Of a stretch of DNA of 64,000 bases, positions 1 to 7,838 are shown one piece after another; the first letter of the stretch is position 1; each line of letters begins with the position of its first letter. The position numbers and the translations under genes were made by a program. The notes beneath the pieces were generated by a model. The model saw nothing but the letters and a program-made list of their open reading frames with translations, made no database searches and was not told the DNA's origin. The stretch is from an uncultured Candidatus Woesearchaeota archaeon (GTDB lineage: Archaea; Nanobdellota; Nanobdellia; UBA10117): positions 3,968 through 67,967 of the forward strand of contig CAIPHS010000005.1 of assembly GCA_903864915.1 (NCBI GenBank), written 5' to 3'.

Positions 1-109
1 GAGACTGCTTGCTAAGACTTCGTGGACCGTCCCAATTAGGATCATTTGCTATGTACTTATCCTGTGCAGCCCGCAATTCATCCATTATCTTTTTTGGTAC
101 AGGTTTCAT
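1..109 (-). CDS. hypothetical protein, 5' end only (gene runs off the window start)
   Basis: ATG at 109-107 on the minus strand, with AGGAGG 5 nt upstream. The frame MKPVPKKIMDELRAAQDKYIANDPNWDGPRSLSKQS... stays open to position 1. It starts directly after the stop of the 119..790 gene. Confidence 0.35.
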   Translation of the reverse strand, partial: MKPVPKKIMDELRAAQDKYIANDPNWDGPRSLSKQS

Positions 110-118
110 TTTTTCCTC

Positions 119-790
119 CTAAGATTTCTTATAATTTACTTTTATGTCACCTGCGGTGGCCTTCAATATCAACTTACCTTTTGGTTTTGCATCCATTGGA
201 ACATAAGAATTGCCGATGCAGTGCATATTTTGAATTATTACATCGCCGCAAACAGTTGAAGCGATTACTTCTAAAGGCTTATACAATTCCACAACAATAT
301 CGCCAGAAGTGGTTTCGATATGTCCAGAGCTACCTATGGCACCGGTGACATCGCCGCTAACCGCAACAAAATCTATCAGTGTCTTAGGTGATACGCCTAG
401 ATCTCCTTTCAACTGGCTAAGTCTTAGTTGCTTGCCCTCCAAACGTCTTTCCAAGACGTCGCCGCACACCTGAATCCCATTATTGTATTTTCGAACTTGT
501 ATATCTTCACTTAGATTTTTTACATACACCGAACTCGCTTGGCGCGGTGTATAAGTTTCATTGAGAACTTCAGGCACTTTGTCAGCCACGTGGCCCTTTA
601 CGACTTTGCCGTCTATGATTACGATATTGCCTTCACCATTACCCGATATCTGAGAATTACGAATAACTGATTCAAACGGTTCTGATCTGTCTATTTGTAT
701 TTCTTCATTGCCATCTTTGATTGTTAGGATGTTACCATCTATGGTTATTTCCTCATCACCATCTTTTATGTGTAATTTTTTGAATTTCAT
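119..790 (-). CDS. hypothetical protein with internal beta-strand-like repeats
   Basis: 223-aa ORF with repeated ITIDGN/IKDGNEEIQID and SGD(I/V) motifs. GGAGA precedes the ATG. The antisense ORF 46..348 is judged spurious. Confidence 0.6.
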   Translation of the reverse strand: MKFKKLHIKDGDEEITIDGNILTIKDGNEEIQIDRSEPFESVIRNSQISGNGEGNIVIIDGKVVKGHVADKVPEVLNETYTPRQASSVYVKNLSEDIQVRKYNNGIQVCGDVLERRLEGKQLRLSQLKGDLGVSPKTLIDFVAVSGDVTGAIGSSGHIETTSGDIVVELYKPLEVIASTVCGDVIIQNMHCIGNSYVPMDAKPKGKLILKATAGDIKVNYKKS

Positions 791-791
791 T

Positions 792-944
792 TTATTCTCC
801 CAGTGCTGGCAGGGCCTTGTCTAGGGCCTGCGACAGCATCTTTTTAGCATCCATTCCTGAGATAGCCACTCCAATAAGGTCTATAGCAAAGGCCACCATT
901 GTCAACATCGGTGTCGAAACTAACATATTCTTTAAGTTCATCAT
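792..944 (-). CDS. small single-TM protein (50 aa; below the ORF-track cutoff)
   Basis: Hand translation gives MMNLKNMLVSTPMLTMVAFAIDLIGVAISGMDAKKMLSQALDKALPALGE. GAGGTG lies 5 nt upstream of the start. The stop is 1 nt before the start of the 119..790 gene. Confidence 0.35.
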   Translation of the reverse strand: MMNLKNMLVSTPMLTMVAFAIDLIGVAISGMDAKKMLSQALDKALPALGE

Positions 945-1045
945 CTTTGCACCTCTTTTTGATACCATATAGACAATTTGAGGGTATATAAGCTTTACTA
1001 TATAGCAGTCATATACTCTTTATAAAGACCTTGTTTAAAAGCCTC

Positions 1046-1501
1046 TTAAGCGATATCGTATGGCTTGGAAACCCCTTCTTTCTTTAACATAGCATTAACT
1101 TCTGCGCCAAGCCTTTGAACAGTATTGTAATCGTCATAGACACGAAGGAAATAACCTAACTTGTCCTTTTTGCTTAAGTCCGTACGGGCAAGTTGGTTAA
1201 GGCATTCCTGGGCATCCCAATACTTGAAATGCAACTCGTTAGCGATATCTGGCCTTGCATCCTTTATGCCGCTACAAACTGCGTCTATCGCATCTGGCAT
1301 TGGGAAGTTAGAATATTCATTTAATATCATCACCCGCATAAGGCCTTCAAAGGAGAATTTTATTTTGGGATCATTACTCAGCAAGTTTTCAAGGTGTATT
1401 TTATGCTGCCGGAAAATCTTCCCGACTTCTTTTGCTTCGGGAGCTTTTATGCTGGTGATGTATTTCTTGATCAGGCCATCAGCCGTAGTTTTCAGTTTCA
1501 T
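1046..1501 (-). CDS. hypothetical protein
   Basis: 151-aa ORF with no motif I recognise. The antisense ORF 1161..1529 is low-complexity and looks spurious. Confidence 0.6.
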   Translation of the reverse strand: MKLKTTADGLIKKYITSIKAPEAKEVGKIFRQHKIHLENLLSNDPKIKFSFEGLMRVMILNEYSNFPMPDAIDAVCSGIKDARPDIANELHFKYWDAQECLNQLARTDLSKKDKLGYFLRVYDDYNTVQRLGAEVNAMLKKEGVSKPYDIA

Positions 1502-1562
1502 TTCACTATTTCCGCAAGAGAAGCTTTAGAAAGGTTTTGTACGCCGGAACGCAATAACTAAT

Positions 1563-1796
1563 TTACATACCTAGGAACTTTAGCGCACCGTATACCAGAT
1601 AAGCTGGCCAGACAAGGGATTTCAGGAATCCCGCAAACCCCATCCAGAGGCTTGTTGCAGTGGAAAGGTAATAGACTAGCGAACCAAGAAACCCAAGGCC
1701 GTAAAAAGCACCACCAGATTTGTGAACGTGCCAGCACATGAACTTATTTTTCATATTCCAACAAGCAATTTCTTTAGATTTTCGTTTTGGGGCCAT
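1563..1796 (-). CDS. small membrane protein
   Basis: 77-aa ORF with two hydrophobic helices (GLGFLGSLVYYL, GFAGFLKSLVWPAYLVYGAL). It lies 41 nt downstream of tRNA-Thr on the same strand. Confidence 0.5.
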   Translation of the reverse strand: MAPKRKSKEIACWNMKNKFMCWHVHKSGGAFYGLGFLGSLVYYLSTATSLWMGFAGFLKSLVWPAYLVYGALKFLGM

Positions 1797-1837
1797 GATA
1801 GAATAAACAAGTTGTTTCTTTTAAGCTTTGTTTAAAA

Positions 1838-1947
1838 TGCCCCCGATGAGATTTGAACTCACGACCTCTCCCTTATTGTCGCAGACAATCCCACAAAGGG
1901 ACTTTCGTGCGTACCAAGGAAGCGCTCTGCCGCTGAGCTACGGAGGC
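1838..1947 (-). tRNA. tRNA-Thr (anticodon GGU) with an intron of about 38 nt after position 37
   Basis: Hand-folded cloverleaf. Acceptor GCCTCCG/CGGGGGC, D arm GCTC-AGCGGCA-GAGC, anticodon stem CTTCC/GGGAG, loop TTGGTA[intron]A, T arm GTGAG-TTCAAAT-CTCAT. Confidence 0.85.
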
Positions 1948-3243
1948 TTAGCTAACTGTGTAAGCTTTTGTAACGATATTAAAAACCCTTTCTAAATCCT
2001 TTCCTTCCACTAAAGAGCGCAATTCCATCCTTGCAGACGCCTTTGCAAGCCTTGTTATGCCGATGACAGTCCTTGGCGTGACTTCAAACAGCAATTCAGA
2101 TTCCCTGCTTTTCAGATTTGTGGCAAACTCTGTTATCTTGTCTGCCATCTCGTGCGGAATTTCCGCATCTAACGTTGATGCAAATTTCAAATACCTGCGC
2201 AGGAACAAGACATCATTCAGCTTTACTTTTACCTTGTCATCTGAAACAATCTTCTCTGCAATCTGTGCGAATTCTGTCAGGGTAGCTTTCTTGACGATGA
2301 AAGTCAGGTGAAATCTTGTCAGCAATGCAGAGTCAAAAGGCATCTGCTCTTTCAGTCCCGCCAAATCATAAGTCTTGAACGAATCGCCCTGCGGATTCGC
2401 TGTTGACAGGACTTTGATTAAAGCTTCAAATCTGTAGTGATGGCCCCCTTTATCGTAGGTTATGAATCCTTTCTCCATCGCGTTATACATGGCTGCGTAA
2501 TCTTCCTTCTTCATCAGGTTTAATTCGTCAATGCAGCACAGGCCTTTGTGCGCTTTTGGCAATAATCCTGGCAAGACTTTTTTGCCTTGCACTGTTACAG
2601 CCAGGCCTGCGCCAGAAGTTCCTGAGCCAAGGCCGAACGCAGATATTGGAGAAAGTTCCGCGGCAGACCTTAGAATGTCTGTCTTGCCCGTGCCGGGGTC
2701 CCCTAACAATAATATGTGTGCTGGCTCAGTACAGAATAATTGCAGGGCAGCTGCTTCCTTTGCGTGCTGCAACCCAATGATATTCGGGGCTATGAATTGC
2801 GGCACTGTTAGCCATGCCCTCTCGGCAAATTCCCTAAATCGCATCTCGAAAAATTTGCCTTTTATTTTTTTGTCAAGCTCTTCAACCCATAACTGCTGCT
2901 TTACTTCAACATCCATATCTGGGTTGAATTTCCTTTTTTCAGGCATCACAAAAAATAATCTTGGGAAAATATCCTTTCCAGAAATCAGGAATGACCATCC
3001 ATATCTCATCAATTTGACTTGTGCCTTTCCCTGTTTCAGCAAGGGCATAAGTTTTGCTTTTTCCTCAGGTTTGATGTATTCTTCCAGCATGGCCAGCTTG
3101 CGCTGCTCCTTCCTGTCGAGCGGCCTTGTCAGCAGTACGGAATCACGGAATAATTTTGCAGTCTTTCTTGAAAGCCATTTTGTTCCCGCCCATGCTTTCT
3201 TACCAAGTTCGGATTTCTTTTTTTCAGGCTTGTGATTATTCAT
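1948..3243 (-). CDS. MCM-family AAA+ ATPase lacking the canonical N-terminal OB/Zn domain
   Basis: Walker A GDPGTGKT; Walker B CCIDELNLM; MCM-like segment DYAAMYNAMEKGFITYDKGG; sensor 1 VLSTANP; Arg-finger-like SALLTRF; IIGLQHAKEAAALQLF precedes the P-loop. Only about 170 aa lie before the ATPase core. Confidence 0.75.
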   Translation of the reverse strand: MNNHKPEKKKSELGKKAWAGTKWLSRKTAKLFRDSVLLTRPLDRKEQRKLAMLEEYIKPEEKAKLMPLLKQGKAQVKLMRYGWSFLISGKDIFPRLFFVMPEKRKFNPDMDVEVKQQLWVEELDKKIKGKFFEMRFREFAERAWLTVPQFIAPNIIGLQHAKEAAALQLFCTEPAHILLLGDPGTGKTDILRSAAELSPISAFGLGSGTSGAGLAVTVQGKKVLPGLLPKAHKGLCCIDELNLMKKEDYAAMYNAMEKGFITYDKGGHHYRFEALIKVLSTANPQGDSFKTYDLAGLKEQMPFDSALLTRFHLTFIVKKATLTEFAQIAEKIVSDDKVKVKLNDVLFLRRYLKFASTLDAEIPHEMADKITEFATNLKSRESELLFEVTPRTVIGITRLAKASARMELRSLVEGKDLERVFNIVTKAYTVS

Positions 3244-3315
3244 GCAATTTTGTTACTAATAATAATTAAAACTCTTTGCAGTCTCGAGTAAATGGAATGG
3301 CGAGGGCTGAACGCA

Positions 3316-4863
3316 CTACTGAATTGGAATAGGCCTTAGAAGCCAAATAAGAATTGCGGTTAAAACCAACACAGATGCTATTATCACTAAAGATTTTCTT
3401 CGATTATATTGAGACAAAAACCAAGAATTGTATAACGCAAATAGAAAGGTAAAGATAAGGAATGGGATTATTGTAACCAAAAACCAAAAACCCATACCAA
3501 AGTCAGGGAACAATATAATAATCGGCGCGATTAGGCCAAGAAGAATTATATTCCTGCAAAATTTGCTATCTCTATTAAAGGCGATACCTAAAAGGAATGC
3601 GGAAAGCAACGGCAAAAATAATATCGGGCTTGTGGACAGCAGCATATTTTCTAAGGAGTTTATAGCACCCAATTGACCTGGAAATATAGATGGCAGGGCC
3701 ACACCTGGGAACATTTCAAATGAAAGAGTTGTTACAAGAACTAATAGGGGTATCAAATACCACATTTTAGAAATATTTTTTGTTTTATCTTTCAATTCAT
3801 CGCTATGAGCTTTGATGAGAAGAATTATGCCGGAAAACAACAAAATGGTTGGAAGGTACACGTTAAAAAACGATATCCAGAACGGCTCAGGTACCATCCC
3901 AATAGTCCCTGGCGAATTATAGACATGTGCAAAGATAATGTCCCATCCCCAGGCCTCAAATGTGAAATATAAGAAAAAGGCTGACATGAAAAGTAAAATT
4001 GCGGCTGTATCAGTTAATCGCAATTTTTTGAATCGAGAAATTGCCAGTATAATCAATACCATTATTATGAATGGGATAAAAAATATTGCAAGTCCTGGAG
4101 GTTGTGGCGACCCGGGCGGTTCAGAGCATGGTGTGTAAGAAAGGACATTCCCATTCGTTGCATCTATATCAACAAAACAATAGTAGGATGATACGACCCA
4201 GACTGCTTTTCCAGGAGAATTCCCATACCCTCCAAAGTTCAAAGAGACAGATATCCAATCCTTTGTGCCATTTCTGAACGTGTATTTCTGTAATCCTTGC
4301 GATTCTGCTATACTCATCGCTTCTGAACGGTTTATCACGATAGGTGTCTGATTAAGCCACATACTTATTCTTGTGATTTGACCGGTACAACCGTCAAATA
4401 CTATGCCTTGAGCATCAAAGACCTCTCCAAAATCAGCAGTATAATTGAAATCTACAAAGACGCTGTTCCTGTTTATTGAGGATATGGAAATGCCGCTCAG
4501 GTTGTAGTGATTTTTGAAGAATTTTTCACCCACAACTGTTATCGCATACTGCTCGGCTTTTGATTCGAAATAACTATTGGAAAGATTAGTGGCGACCCTT
4601 ACGTTTCCCTCGCATTCCAGGCCGCGCCCATAGTCCTTACAATCTGAAACGCATGTGCAGTAAGGTCCTAAACTAACGAACCGCTGGCTGCACATTGATT
4701 GGCAATCTGCTGATGTCTTACATGGAACAGGTGCGGGTAATACTGCATGAGACAAAGTCGGTGAGACAACAATAAAGAGTATTCCAAGTAGTAAAAGAGC
4801 TAACCAATACCTCTGGGCCATACCAAAACTAAGTAAATAGTTTCTTTTAAGCATTACTTCCAA
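3316..4863 (-). CDS. polytopic membrane protein with an N-terminal Cys-rich extracellular domain
   Basis: 515-aa ORF. It has a signal/anchor helix, then 7 Cys within about 40 aa (PCKTSADCQSMCSQRF..YCTCVSDCKDYGRGLEC), an ectodomain of about 200 aa, and roughly 9 hydrophobic helices. Confidence 0.7.
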   Translation of the reverse strand: MEVMLKRNYLLSFGMAQRYWLALLLLGILFIVVSPTLSHAVLPAPVPCKTSADCQSMCSQRFVSLGPYCTCVSDCKDYGRGLECEGNVRVATNLSNSYFESKAEQYAITVVGEKFFKNHYNLSGISISSINRNSVFVDFNYTADFGEVFDAQGIVFDGCTGQITRISMWLNQTPIVINRSEAMSIAESQGLQKYTFRNGTKDWISVSLNFGGYGNSPGKAVWVVSSYYCFVDIDATNGNVLSYTPCSEPPGSPQPPGLAIFFIPFIIMVLIILAISRFKKLRLTDTAAILLFMSAFFLYFTFEAWGWDIIFAHVYNSPGTIGMVPEPFWISFFNVYLPTILLFSGIILLIKAHSDELKDKTKNISKMWYLIPLLVLVTTLSFEMFPGVALPSIFPGQLGAINSLENMLLSTSPILFLPLLSAFLLGIAFNRDSKFCRNIILLGLIAPIIILFPDFGMGFWFLVTIIPFLIFTFLFALYNSWFLSQYNRRKSLVIIASVLVLTAILIWLLRPIPIQ

Positions 4864-4877
4864 GTTCTATTGAAAAA

Positions 4878-4985
4878 TGGCGAGGGCCGGATTTGAACCG
4901 GCGACATCCGCCTGTCTCAGACAACTGCCTAACGGCAGTGCCGCGTTTATGAGAGCGGCGTTCAACCAGGCTAAACTACCTCGCC
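4878..4985 (-). tRNA. tRNA-Met or tRNA-Ile2 (anticodon CAU) with an intron of about 34 nt
   Basis: Acceptor GGCGAGG/CCTCGCC, anticodon stem CCGCT/GGCGG, loop CTCATA[intron]A, T arm GCCGG-TTCAAAT-CCGGC. The acceptor is elongator-type (G1-C72). Confidence 0.8.
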
Positions 4986-4987
4986 AA

Positions 4988-5059
4988 TGGACCGGCCGGG
5001 AATCGAACCCGGAGCCTTACGCATGCCATGCGTACGTCATGCCGTTAGACCACCGGCCC
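4988..5059 (-). tRNA. tRNA-Ala (anticodon GGC)
   Basis: Acceptor GGGCCGG/CCGGTCC with the G3:U70 identity pair. Anticodon arm TACGC-ATGGCAT-GCGTA, T arm CCGGG-TTCGATT-CCCGG. It is 2 nt from tRNA-Met, so the two are likely co-transcribed from a TTTTAAAA box at 5083-5090. Confidence 0.9.
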
Positions 5060-5108
5060 ATAATGATTAAAGAAAAAAGTTCTTTTAAAAACATGTCGCA
5101 GTTCGCGA

Positions 5109-5363
5109 CTACTTCTTTTTGTATTCCGGGACTGCCTCAGGCCTGAAACGCGTCTTCCTTACCTCGTCTTCCAGCCTTACCAGCCTTTCAACAAGCTCAT
5201 CTGTCTTCTTTGCCAAATCTGCCTGCAGCTCAAGTGTTTTTGTGACCCAGTTCGCAACTTCTCCAGGGGTCGTCCCTGCATTCCTGTTCGTTTTTATTGT
5301 CTTGTAAACTTCATCTTTCAAGCTCTTTGACTCATCAGCAATTTCATGCAAATCTTTTACCAT
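5109..5363 (-). CDS. small coiled-coil protein, function unknown
   Basis: 84-aa charged, heptad-like ORF. The antisense ORF 5119..5307 is Ser-rich and looks spurious. Confidence 0.5.
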   Translation of the reverse strand: MVKDLHEIADESKSLKDEVYKTIKTNRNAGTTPGEVANWVTKTLELQADLAKKTDELVERLVRLEDEVRKTRFRPEAVPEYKKK

Positions 5364-5406
5364 AGTGGCCTCATGATAAAATAAGAACTCTGCTATTTTA
5401 AGGTTT

Positions 5407-6117
5407 CTATACCTTGATTTTTCCGCTTTTCAAATCATCAGAGAACCGCGCATGCTCTTCCTTCGTGTTAACAGGATACCATTTGTCAACGAAGAATGCA
5501 TTGATCTGGCCTTGTTTAGCTAAATCTGGATATATGGTATATTCCGGCTGTGATGGTATAACTGCCTTCTCGAACAATTTCAGGTTTTTGAAAACAGACA
5601 TTCCTGTATTTATGCCCTGGTTTGCCGAAACTGAAAAGCTGGCCTTTTCTGTAAAGCCAGTTATTTTATTTCCGGCAACTTCTGCAACACCGAACGGGTT
5701 GACAAAAGACCTCGACAGGACAACAGTTGCTGTGCAACCGGATTTTTCATGGCTCGCAACCAGCTGCCTGACATCAATTGGAATTATGTCGTCGCAGTGC
5801 GTTATGATTATCGGCTTGTTGGGGTCCAGAACGCCCTGTTCTATTCCCAACCTTATCGCGCCTGCTCTGCCAGATAATTCTTTCTCCTGAATGAACTTAA
5901 CATCAATGTTTTGCTTCTTGAAAAATTCATACATCATCTCTGCCTTGTAAGAAGCAGACATTACAAATTTGTTGAAACCCTGTTTGAGAAAAGGCGACAT
6001 CGCATAAAGAATTAGCTGCTTTCCAGCTACTTCAACCAAGGCTTTTGGCAAGTCTTTCGCCAGCGATTGAAGGCGCGTGCCAGCACCACCAGCATGAATT
6101 ATAATTTGGTATTCCAT
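5407..6117 (-). CDS. sugar-phosphate nucleotidyltransferase (NTP_transferase family)
   Basis: N-terminal IIIHAGGAGTRLQSLAKDLPKALVEV (GGxGTRL motif). The start is moved to MEYQ at 6117 because the longer ORF runs into tRNA-Lys. Confidence 0.8.
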   Translation of the reverse strand: MEYQIIIHAGGAGTRLQSLAKDLPKALVEVAGKQLILYAMSPFLKQGFNKFVMSASYKAEMMYEFFKKQNIDVKFIQEKELSGRAGAIRLGIEQGVLDPNKPIIITHCDDIIPIDVRQLVASHEKSGCTATVVLSRSFVNPFGVAEVAGNKITGFTEKASFSVSANQGINTGMSVFKNLKLFEKAVIPSQPEYTIYPDLAKQGQINAFFVDKWYPVNTKEEHARFSDDLKSGKIKV

Positions 6118-6125
6118 ATATGGAG

Positions 6126-6237
6126 CGGGCCCGAAGGGATTTGAACCCTCGACGTCCAACTTACTGACGCAGTCAGTTCCGCAAAGGAACTTTTGCGATA
6201 AGAGGTTGGCGCTCTAACCGGACTGAGCTACGGACCC
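6126..6237 (-). tRNA. tRNA-Lys (anticodon CUU) with an intron of about 38 nt
   Basis: Acceptor GGGTCCG/CGGGCCC, D arm GCTC-AGTCCGGTTA-GAGC, anticodon stem CCAAC/GTTGG, loop CTCTTA[intron], T arm GAGGG-TTCAAAT-CCCTT. Confidence 0.85.
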
Positions 6238-6341
6238 ATGCAATGCGCCATTGCATAACAGCGCATATTTAGACTGTTTTTAGGCTATTTAAAAAGGTAA
6301 TCTTTATATAAAAAAAAGCATAGTCCTACAAGGAGGCCACA

Positions 6342-6614
6342 ATGTTATCACAAATACCGCAAGATTTTAGCAAGGTAAAGAAAGAAGACTTGGAAAAGGA
6401 AATTCTCAGGGTTGGCATGATTGCCGAGCTTGATGCAGTTTCCCTATATGAGCAGATGGCTGCAATTACAAAAGATGCAAAAATCAGGGAAATTCTTCTG
6501 GATATCGCCAAGGAAGAGAAAACGCATATGGGTGAATTCCAGGCATTGTTGTTGAGGCATGACAAGCAGCAGGAAAAGGAATTGCAAGCTGGCAAGAAGG
6601 AAGTAAATAACTAA
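6342..6614 (+). CDS. half-ferritin / EncFtn-like (rubrerythrin-type two-helix) protein
   Basis: 90 aa. The pattern IAELDAVSLYEQM...LLDIAKEEKTHMGEFQALL matches the ExxA..Y.Q ... EEKxH di-iron half-site. A strong AGGAGG lies 7 nt upstream. Confidence 0.7.
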   Translation: MLSQIPQDFSKVKKEDLEKEILRVGMIAELDAVSLYEQMAAITKDAKIREILLDIAKEEKTHMGEFQALLLRHDKQQEKELQAGKKEVNN

Positions 6615-6709
6615 AAATAAAACCTGCTTATGCAAACATTGCCAGAGCTAGCAAGCCAATCATAATTACAAAGATTGTTATCGTATCCAGATCCGATGCC
6701 ATTTTGCCT

Positions 6710-6862
6710 CTACATCAACTGCGTCGCAATCAGGAATCCGATTATAAAGCCGACAAGCAATCCCTGTAGGAATTCTTTCAGGCCGTATTCGATTTCTACT
6801 TCCCTTTCTGTAGCGACTTCGCGTCGGATATTTCTCAATAAGCTTTGAGTTCGTTTAGCCAT
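6710..6862 (-). CDS. small tail-anchored membrane protein (50 aa; below the ORF-track cutoff)
   Basis: Hand translation gives MAKRTQSLLRNIRREVATEREVEIEYGLKEFLQGLLVGFIIGFLIATQLM. It starts 6 nt after the stop of the 6868..7143 gene. Confidence 0.3.
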   Translation of the reverse strand: MAKRTQSLLRNIRREVATEREVEIEYGLKEFLQGLLVGFIIGFLIATQLM

Positions 6863-6867
6863 GAGTT

Positions 6868-7143
6868 TTAGCTCCTCCTGACGTGCACATAGTGCGCAGG
6901 ATGATTTTTTCCTGGCAAAGCTTCTGCTAATTCAATTCTGCCAAGAGTCATGAGAACTGCACCGAGTCCGTAGAAAAGCGGCATCATCATCATTTCCTTG
7001 CCCGCCAGCAACGGAACATTTGCCAGCAGCAATCTGTTTGCCGCCAAGAGCGTCCCGTACAGGCCGAAGCCCAACCAGGTCGCACCCATGAAAATCAGGA
7101 CTAGACCTACAAATTCATGTTGTTTCAGATTAGTTTTAACCAT
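6868..7143 (-). CDS. small membrane protein
   Basis: 91-aa ORF with three hydrophobic helices. Confidence 0.5.
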   Translation of the reverse strand: MVKTNLKQHEFVGLVLIFMGATWLGFGLYGTLLAANRLLLANVPLLAGKEMMMMPLFYGLGAVLMTLGRIELAEALPGKNHPAHYVHVRRS

Positions 7144-7195
7144 AACCCTTCTTAGAAATGTGAGTTTAAATAATTCGTTAATTAGGCTTGAGTGA

Positions 7196-7777
7196 CTACA
7201 CTTTTGCCAGCTCTAAAACCGCCTTCAGGGCACTCGGCAACTCAAAACATTTGTCCATATCACCTGTAAAATGCCCTTTAGTTTCAACGATTATCTTTCT
7301 GCAAAATTTAGCATACCTTTTCTTGTTCTCTTCAAAAGGAACATGAGGGTCATTATCTGAAAAAATTGCTATCATATTTTTTGTCTTCTGTAAAATTTTT
7401 TTGAAATCAATGGGTTTTTCAACCCATGACTTTGCAATTGCTATCGACGCTTCGTCAGGAGTGGCTTCTGGCGTTAATGTAAACCAGCCCGCTACAAACA
7501 AAACCCCCCCAATTTTCGCATCTTCAGGCAGACTTTCAAGATAGTGAAGAATTGTCAAACAGCCAATGCTATGGCCAACAAGATATGTGTTTTCATCAGG
7601 TTTTCCTATTAAATTCTTTAATGCATTTAGCCAACTTTTAACTTCTGGAGCATCAGGATTTGGCATAGCAAGCACATAAGCTTCAAAACCTTTTTTTTCT
7701 AGTTCTTTTTTTAGCCACAGGTACCAGCCATGTTCAGGTCTTCCTTCCCATCCATGGATTATAAAAACTCTTTTCAT
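7196..7777 (-). CDS. alpha/beta serine hydrolase (YdeN/RBBP9-like)
   Basis: VFIIHGWEGRPEHGWYLWL at the N-terminus, nucleophile elbow GHSIG, and length of about 190 aa. Confidence 0.8.
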   Translation of the reverse strand: MKRVFIIHGWEGRPEHGWYLWLKKELEKKGFEAYVLAMPNPDAPEVKSWLNALKNLIGKPDENTYLVGHSIGCLTILHYLESLPEDAKIGGVLFVAGWFTLTPEATPDEASIAIAKSWVEKPIDFKKILQKTKNMIAIFSDNDPHVPFEENKKRYAKFCRKIIVETKGHFTGDMDKCFELPSALKAVLELAKV

Positions 7778-7838
7778 TTTTTCACAATGGGGCAGCGCTC
7801 AAATGCCTTGCATTTGGCTGGTCCCATTTCTGCTGAAA

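Noticed and set aside
2531-3235. Long antisense ORFs inside confidently assigned genes. Examples are 2531..3235 in the MCM-like gene, 12052..12732 in the PC-repeat gene, 31989..32591 in rad50, 5414..5890 in the nucleotidyltransferase gene, 38300..38761 in proS and 21338..21829.
   Set aside because: Their translations are low-complexity (Ser/Leu/Phe-rich) with no motifs. The opposite-strand ORFs carry clear family signatures. Such shadow ORFs are expected opposite real genes in AT-rich DNA.
4877-5146. ORFs or ORF extensions that run across tRNA genes. These are 4877..5146, 7730..7993, the N-terminal 14 aa of 5407..6159, and 59499..59696.
   Set aside because: They overlap well-folding tRNA cloverleaves. 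Shorter starts, or no CDS at all, fit the data better.
6342-6614. An encapsulin nanocompartment operon, suggested by the EncFtn-like cargo.
   Set aside because: No HK97-fold shell gene is adjacent or visible in the window, and the C-terminus lacks a targeting peptide. Only the stand-alone half-ferritin is reported.
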